DNA of 42,651 nucleotides, taken from NCBI GenBank assembly GCA_036338795.1, contig JAYZBJ010000175.1:1-42651 (forward strand), read 5' to 3'. Under the pieces are notes generated by a model. It was not told where the DNA came from. It did no database searches and saw nothing but the letters and a program-made list of their open reading frames with translations. Within the stretch, counting starts at the first letter, position 1. Each line of letters opens with the position of its first letter. The translations under genes were made by a program, and so were the position numbers. Below are positions 37,949 through 42,651 of this stretch, piece by piece. The stretch is from Pseudomonadota bacterium (GTDB taxonomy: Bacteria; Pseudomonadota; Alphaproteobacteria; Caulobacterales; Hyphomonadaceae).

Positions 37949-38432
37949 GGGGCGGCCCCCGGGGCGGCTGCTTGGCGCCGATGACGCGAAGCACAGGCAG
38001 TTCGACCGTGGCTACAGTCGTAAAGGCAGGGGTCGCAGGCCTGTGAGGCTCGAGAAAGAGCAAAGGCTGGCTGCCAGGCGCCAGGACGGACGACATGGCA
38101 ACTGGGCAAGCCGGCTGGCCGGAATCTTTGTCGGAGCCATTATCGCCGCGGCCCGGCTCGTCCCACGTCCAGAGGCTTCGTGAGGACGATGGATCCGAAC
38201 TGTTTGTAACAGAGGCTGGCCAGACGACTGAGCGCCCATGGCATGTTTCGATGACCAGCTGCTGCGATTCGACGTCCTGTCTCACCATCCAGCCATCAGG
38301 CACGACTGCACGCGTCAGCATCGCCGCGAAGGCGAGGCAGAACATCAGTCGCGCAAGGAAGGCGGTCGATCGATACAAACTGGCGAAACCCGGACTGGCC
38401 ACGGAACACGTCGAGATGCGAACAGGTCGCAA
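37938..38432 (-). CDS. DUF2946-like (CruR/CutF-type) upstream regulatory ORF with C-terminal RGPP arrest-like motif
   Basis: TM/signal segment RAVVPDGWM, IETCHG, ACPVA, Pro-rich tail ending QPPRGPPPSI*; start codon uncertain. Confidence 0.75.
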   Translation of the reverse strand: MRPVRISTCSVASPGFASLYRSTAFLARLMFCLAFAAMLTRAVVPDGWMVRQDVESQQLVIETCHGRSVVWPASVTNSSDPSSSRSLWTWDEPGRGDNGSDKDSGQPACPVAMSSVLAPGSQPLLFLEPHRPATPAFTTVATVELPVLRVIGAKQPPRGPPPSI

Positions 38433-38447
38433 TTCGGCTTGAGCGCG

Positions 38448-38476
38448 GCTTTAGTCGACGCTCCAGGTTTTGTAAA
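38448..38476 (-). promoter_or_regulatory. Putative housekeeping sigma70 promoter of the DUF2946 operon
   Basis: On - strand TTTACA-N17-TAAAGC immediately after the rnpB 3' end. Confidence 0.45.
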
Positions 38477-38479
38477 TGC

Positions 38480-38850
38480 GACCAGACGGCCTGTAAGCCG
38501 GGTTCTGTTCCCCCGTTACCGGGATCGGCAACCATTCCTCTGGGAGCCCTGTCGCCAGAGCCCTCACGCGACACACCCGGGGCGCAGGCTGGAAACGGCC
38601 CATGCGCGCCCCCTACTCGGTCTTGCTCCGGGCGGGGTTTACCATGCCAGGGACGTTACCGTCCCCGCGGTGGGCTCTTACCCCACCCTTTCACCCTTAC
38701 CAGCCGCAAGCGGCTGGCGGTCTGCTCTCTGTGGCACTTTCCCTCGGCTCACGCCGGGCGGGCATTACCCGCCGCCCTGTTTCCATGGAGCCCGGACTTT
38801 CCTCCAGCATGCCGTTACCAGCATACCAGCGGCTGCCCGGCCGTCTGGTC
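38480..38850 (-). ncRNA. rnpB: RNase P RNA, bacterial class A
   Basis: On - strand GAGGAAAGTCCGGGCTC, GAAAGTGCCACAGA, GGTAAGAGCCCACC, GGTAAACCCC, GAACAGAACCCGGCTTACAG; P1 closure GACCAGACGGCC/GGCCGTCTGGTC. Confidence 0.98.
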
Positions 38851-38909
38851 AGGCAGGCGATATAGGGCCGGACGGCAGCAAACGCCACCCCGCCAGGTCG
38901 TGGAACGGA

Positions 38910-39443
38910 TTAATCTCCAAGCTGGATCAAGGGTGTGACCTTGTCAGTCAGCAGCTGGATCAGTTCGCTCTGCATGAACTGATAGTCGTCAGGGATATCC
39001 AGAACGTGGATCGCCTTGTGAGTGACGGCCTGACGAAAATCAGCTTTCAGGCGATTGGCGTGCTTGGCTTCCATGCAAACGATCAGATCCGCCCAGCGAA
39101 TATCCGCCATATTGACCTGATGTCTGGCATCGCGCGCGGTGCCAGCCGAGCGTGTTTCGATGCCTGACATCTCGCCGAAGACAGCCTCACCCGTCGGGCT
39201 TCGTAATTGGTTGCGGGAGCAAATGAACAGAATCCGGCAAGGCTTTGCATCTGCCATCAGCTTCTCCCATTCGCGATGCGGCCATATCTTGCCGGTCTTC
39301 TGTGCCCGGCGAAGCTTGTTCGCACGGCGGAAGATGAGCTTCCACTTCTTTTGTTCAAAGCCGCGATCAACTGGAGGCGGGTGACGCCCGTCCAGCTTGC
39401 GCGCAAGAGCACGGCGCTCGCCGCGCGAGTTAGGGTGTGGCAT
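38910..39443 (-). CDS. Low-molecular-weight protein-tyrosine-phosphatase-like protein with basic N-terminal extension
   Basis: ILFICSRNQLRSPTGE (Cx5R P-loop), RSAGT, WADLIVCME, LDIPDDY; GAGGAA RBS before ATG 39443. Confidence 0.8.
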   Translation of the reverse strand: MPHPNSRGERRALARKLDGRHPPPVDRGFEQKKWKLIFRRANKLRRAQKTGKIWPHREWEKLMADAKPCRILFICSRNQLRSPTGEAVFGEMSGIETRSAGTARDARHQVNMADIRWADLIVCMEAKHANRLKADFRQAVTHKAIHVLDIPDDYQFMQSELIQLLTDKVTPLIQLGD

Positions 39444-39446
39444 GGT

Positions 39447-39498
39447 GTTCCTCGTTAGATTGCCAGTCGGTTCAGCAGCCGCGGCAATACGAAGGAAC
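39447..39498 (-). promoter_or_regulatory. 5' leader hairpin occluding the phosphatase RBS
   Basis: GUUCCUUCGU pairs with ACGAGGAAC and AUUGCC pairs with GGCAAU, plus a short inner stem. Confidence 0.55.
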
Positions 39499-39628
39499 TT
39501 TGTGAGGCGCGGATATATGCGCGCAGCCACCGGCGCGCAAGGAATTTGAAAGCCTGCTGAGGCAAAATTCTGGCCTCAGCGACCTTCCTGCGCCATTCTC
39601 GACGCAGGCACCAAGTGCGAGAACGACC

Positions 39629-40585
39629 ATGGAAGCCTGGCTGAAAAAGCTGCCCTTACCCGGTCCGGTAACGGACTGGGCGGTGCTGCCTCTCTGGCAC
39701 GCCATATTGAGGCTTTCGAAGCCTGAGGTCCGGATCGTTTCCGGAGGCATCAGCTTCTATGCGCTGTTTTCCATATTTCCGCTGATCTACCTGACGCTCG
39801 CACTTCTATTCTCACTCCTGCCGCATGATCTGTCGGAAAGCCTCGCCTCGACCGTCGACCAAATTCTGGTATCAGCGGTCGCGCCATTGAAGCAGGCGGA
39901 CCTTACCGTGATCCGGGACGCGACGCCGCAGGGGCTGACGATTCGAGCCTTCATTGCGATCCTGATCGTGTTCTACACGGCAAGTTCCGGCGCAAAGGCC
40001 GCTATCACCGGCATACGAATGGTGGCGGGCAGCGAAAAAAGGTCGAACATCATCCGCTTTCAGGGTGTCTCTTTGCTGATGACAACGCTGCTGATCCTGC
40101 TTGTCTGGCTATTGGGGGCGTTGCAGCTTTTGATGTCGTTTGTGACCGAACGTCAGGGCTTCATTGCCTTTGACTTGGCTGAGGACATCTCCGATCTCGC
40201 TTCTCAGCTCTGGATCGGGAAATTTCTGGCATGCTTCGCGATCTTCTACCTAATCATCTCGCTCTCGCTTTACGGGCGTATCAGCTCGGGGCGCGCCATG
40301 ACGGCGGGCGCCGCCGCTGGCGCGTTCACCTGGAGCCTCGCAACCTTCGCTTACCACCTGTATTTACGGGTTTCGGTGCTCGACACGTTTTATGGTGCGC
40401 TCGCCTCCGTCATTCTGGGGTTCATCTGGCTTCTGGTATCGGTGTCATCGCTACTGCTTGGCGCAGCCCTGTCGGTTGAGTGGTCGAGCCGCATCGTCGG
40501 AAATCGCAAAGCGGTTGAGCGCGAACAGATCGCTGAAGGCGATAGCGCTGGTCTGGACAATGCGACGACGAAGGAGGAGCGTTGA
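39629..40585 (+). CDS. YihY/virulence factor BrkB family membrane protein
   Basis: GISFYALFSIFPL, YGALASVILGFIWL...LLLGA signature; about six TM segments. Confidence 0.85.
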   Translation: MEAWLKKLPLPGPVTDWAVLPLWHAILRLSKPEVRIVSGGISFYALFSIFPLIYLTLALLFSLLPHDLSESLASTVDQILVSAVAPLKQADLTVIRDATPQGLTIRAFIAILIVFYTASSGAKAAITGIRMVAGSEKRSNIIRFQGVSLLMTTLLILLVWLLGALQLLMSFVTERQGFIAFDLAEDISDLASQLWIGKFLACFAIFYLIISLSLYGRISSGRAMTAGAAAGAFTWSLATFAYHLYLRVSVLDTFYGALASVILGFIWLLVSVSSLLLGAALSVEWSSRIVGNRKAVEREQIAEGDSAGLDNATTKEER

Positions 40586-40590
40586 GCACA

Positions 40591-40634
40591 AAACAAAAGC
40601 GCCGCAGGCGATACTGCGGCGCTTCAGAATTTTT
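40591..40634. terminator. Terminator between convergent genes (likely bidirectional)
   Basis: AAGCGCCGCAG / CTGCGGCGCTT stem with an A-rich left flank and T-rich right flank. Confidence 0.75.
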
Positions 40635-40655
40635 ATTGTCCGAAATGGGCTGCCG

Positions 40656-40958
40656 CTAGAAGGCCAGCCCGAACAGGAAGATCAGAAGCTGGACGAAGAT
40701 AGCCAGCCCCGCAAGGGCCACCACTGTTGCGATCCAGGCGCCGCCCATACCCATGAACATGCCAATGGCGATGCCGGCACCCGCGCTAAGAACCAGCGCG
40801 ATCATCCAGTTCATGCCGAGTGACAGGGTGAACACCATATATCCGACGGAGATCAGAAGGATCAGTGAACCCCAGGCGCTGGCTTTCATGAAGCCGCCAT
40901 ACATTTTCGACTGGGAGTCGATATCCATTTCGCCGCGTGTGTATTCGCTAGAAGCCAT
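40656..40958 (-). CDS. aa3-type cytochrome c oxidase subunit IV-like protein
   Basis: Y.RGEMDI..Q..MY.GFMK...WG N-terminal signature; GGAGAG RBS. Confidence 0.75.
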   Translation of the reverse strand: MASSEYTRGEMDIDSQSKMYGGFMKASAWGSLILLISVGYMVFTLSLGMNWMIALVLSAGAGIAIGMFMGMGGAWIATVVALAGLAIFVQLLIFLFGLAF

Positions 40959-41059
40959 CTGGCGCTCTCCGTACATGAAATCGATGTCGTTTTATTGAGC
41001 GATCATAGCGCTCGTCAAGCGGCCATGCCGTCGCATCTGCTCACGAAATCCAAACGCGC

Positions 41060-41497
41060 CTAGTTCAGCTTGTCCTTGTCGTCGCGTTTCGGCGGGACAA
41101 AAGCAGGTGGCAGCGGCGTCGCAGGCACGCCCTCATCCTTCAAAGACTCGCGCTCCTCAGCGGTCGTCTCGCCCCAGATCGGACGGTGATCGCGCTCACC
41201 GTAATACATGCTGCGCGCCTCTTCGGCGAATCCATCTCCAACGTAATCGTAATTTTCGGAGATGTGCTGTCGCGCCTTGGCGGCCAGCTTACCGAACACC
41301 TTCTCTGGATCGGACGCGCCGGCCTTTTGCGAGGGTTTGACCGACGGCGCCATGATTTGCTTGCGCACGCTTGAACCGCCGCAATTGGGGCAGGTTATCA
41401 GCCCACGCTCTTGCTGGCTGTCAAATGCGTCAGAGGACGCAAACCAGGCCTCGAAACCTGCGTCGCAATCCCTGCATTCAAGCGCGTAACGGATCAT
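41060..41497 (-). CDS. DUF1178 family protein
   Basis: MIRYAL.C, FEAWF.SS..F, CPNCG, KQIMAP, DYVG..FAEEAR.M.YGE, I.GE. Confidence 0.9.
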   Translation of the reverse strand: MIRYALECRDCDAGFEAWFASSDAFDSQQERGLITCPNCGGSSVRKQIMAPSVKPSQKAGASDPEKVFGKLAAKARQHISENYDYVGDGFAEEARSMYYGERDHRPIWGETTAEERESLKDEGVPATPLPPAFVPPKRDDKDKLN

Positions 41498-41512
41498 GGT
41501 CTTTCAACCGTC

Positions 41513-41773
41513 TCAGGCGGCGTCGAGCAGCTGATCAAGCTTGCCGGTGCGTTCGAGCGACATCATCTCGTCGCAACCGCCGATATGCATGTCGCCGACA
41601 AAGATTTGCGGGAAGGTGCGTGCGCCATTCGCGCGGGAGACCATTTCCTGCTTCTTGTCTGGGTCCATACCGGCGTCAATTTCGGTGAAGTCGACGTCTT
41701 TCTGCTTCAGCAGGGCGAGTGCCCGTGTGCAGAAGGGGCAGAACGCCCGCGTATAGATAGTTACCTTTTGCAT
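41513..41773 (-). CDS. grxC: Glutaredoxin 3
   Basis: CPFC active site, RTFPQIF, GGCD; GGAG RBS. Confidence 0.93.
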   Translation of the reverse strand: MQKVTIYTRAFCPFCTRALALLKQKDVDFTEIDAGMDPDKKQEMVSRANGARTFPQIFVGDMHIGGCDEMMSLERTGKLDQLLDAA

Positions 41774-41805
41774 TTTGGCTCCGGTGTTTGGAACATGACT
41801 GCGGC

Positions 41806-42576
41806 TTATATGGTGATGTCCGTTGGCCTGACAACGCGCGCCAGCACCAGTACGCTTACGCTCGCCGCATTGCCTTTCAGCAAGGCACGCGTGCACGCTG
41901 AGAGAGTTGCTCCCGTGGTGTAGACATCGTCGATCAAGACGATGTTCGCACCGTCAATTCGTGTTTCCCGGCCATGCCTGACAGCGAAGGCGCCTCGAAC
42001 ATTCCTGCGCCGCTCGCGTGCGGTCAGGCCGCCTTGGCTTGGTGTCGGCTTCCGGCGCACCAGCGCGTCATTGCACACCGGGCGCTGCGCACGGCGACCG
42101 ACGGCAGCAGCCAGCCAACCTGACTGGTTGAACCCCCGGCTGGCGAGCCGCCGATAGTGTAACGGGACCGGCACGATCAGATCGGCGTCCGGCAATATAT
42201 CGGCCCCCGCAAGCGCCATCCATGATGCGTAGACGGGCAACCCATCACGCCGCCCGGCCCGCTTCAGGTCGAGCACCGCCTTTCGGGACGCATCGTCATA
42301 TTCAACGGCTGCCCGCGCGGCTTGCCATCTGGGCGGCTTAGCCGCACACGGCCCGCACAGCGTGGCATCGCCCAGGTCTGACTCTGTCGGGACCGCGCAA
42401 AGGCGGCAGCCACTGCCATTCAGGAAGCTGAGGCTTGCGAAGTCTTCCGGTGGGATCAGCCCCTGACCATCGTGGCTCTGTCCGGTGACGAGCGAGCGGG
42501 GCGGCCAGATAAAATCACCAAGAGAGCGCAGTCCGGCCTTTGCGGTCCGGCTCAAGCGGTCCATATCCAGCGCCAT
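41806..42576 (-). CDS. comF: ComF family protein (zinc-finger plus phosphoribosyltransferase domain)
   Basis: CxxC pairs, VPVPLH..RL..RGFNQS, RRRNVRGAF, VLIDDVYTTGAT; true start may be 42564. Confidence 0.9.
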   Translation of the reverse strand: MALDMDRLSRTAKAGLRSLGDFIWPPRSLVTGQSHDGQGLIPPEDFASLSFLNGSGCRLCAVPTESDLGDATLCGPCAAKPPRWQAARAAVEYDDASRKAVLDLKRAGRRDGLPVYASWMALAGADILPDADLIVPVPLHYRRLASRGFNQSGWLAAAVGRRAQRPVCNDALVRRKPTPSQGGLTARERRRNVRGAFAVRHGRETRIDGANIVLIDDVYTTGATLSACTRALLKGNAASVSVLVLARVVRPTDITI

Positions 42577-42651
42577 GTCTTCTGCCCCACCGAAACTTTT
42601 CGACCGCGACCTGGTGCGCTTGCACCGGGACCGGGCCGCTGCCCATTATCA
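42575..42651 (+). CDS. 5' end of a probable SAM-dependent methyltransferase (BioC/NDUFAF5-like), truncated by window end
   Basis: MSSAPPKLFDRDLVRLHRDRAAAHY; the FDR...R.RA start and position divergent from comF are typical in Alphaproteobacteria. Confidence 0.6.
   Translation, partial: MSSAPPKLFDRDLVRLHRDRAAAHY

Noticed and set aside
38238-39167. 309-aa + strand ORF across rnpB
   Set aside because: Runs antisense through RNase P RNA and both flanking genes
1-42651. CRISPR arrays, IS elements, prophage or defence genes
   Set aside because: No spaced repeat arrays, transposase, integrase or phage-like ORFs recognised anywhere in the window

Overview
GC-rich alphaproteobacterial chromosome segment. 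Gene content and synteny suggest a Caulobacter/Hyphomonas/Henriciella-type organism (inference). It is mostly core genome: PBP-activator lipoprotein/rsmI/yraN/BON cluster, gshB, comM, an ShkA-like hybrid kinase, ampG, maeB, mutS, galE, selO, mcd, ugd, rnpB, cytochrome oxidase subunit IV, grxC and comF. No integrase, transposase, CRISPR array, rRNA or tRNA was seen. The most interesting signals are non-coding or regulatory. (1) Directly downstream of mutS, two DnaA boxes and a CtrA box precede an unannotated 145-nt structured element closed by 11-bp inverted repeats. (2) Next to rnpB is a probable copper-uptake operon (DUF2946-like uORF ending in RGPP, His/Met-rich outer-membrane barrel, TonB-dependent receptor, PepSY-TM protein); the uORF's last codons can pair with the downstream ribosome-binding region, consistent with an arrest-peptide switch. 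(3) A long hairpin sequesters the RBS of an LMW phosphatase that has a basic N-terminal extension. (4) Other sites are tandem RpoE/ECF11-type promoters before a fasciclin gene, a LexA box before comM and a phased array of LexA-like half-sites before an RraB-like gene. All calls come from reading the sequence; no database searches were run.
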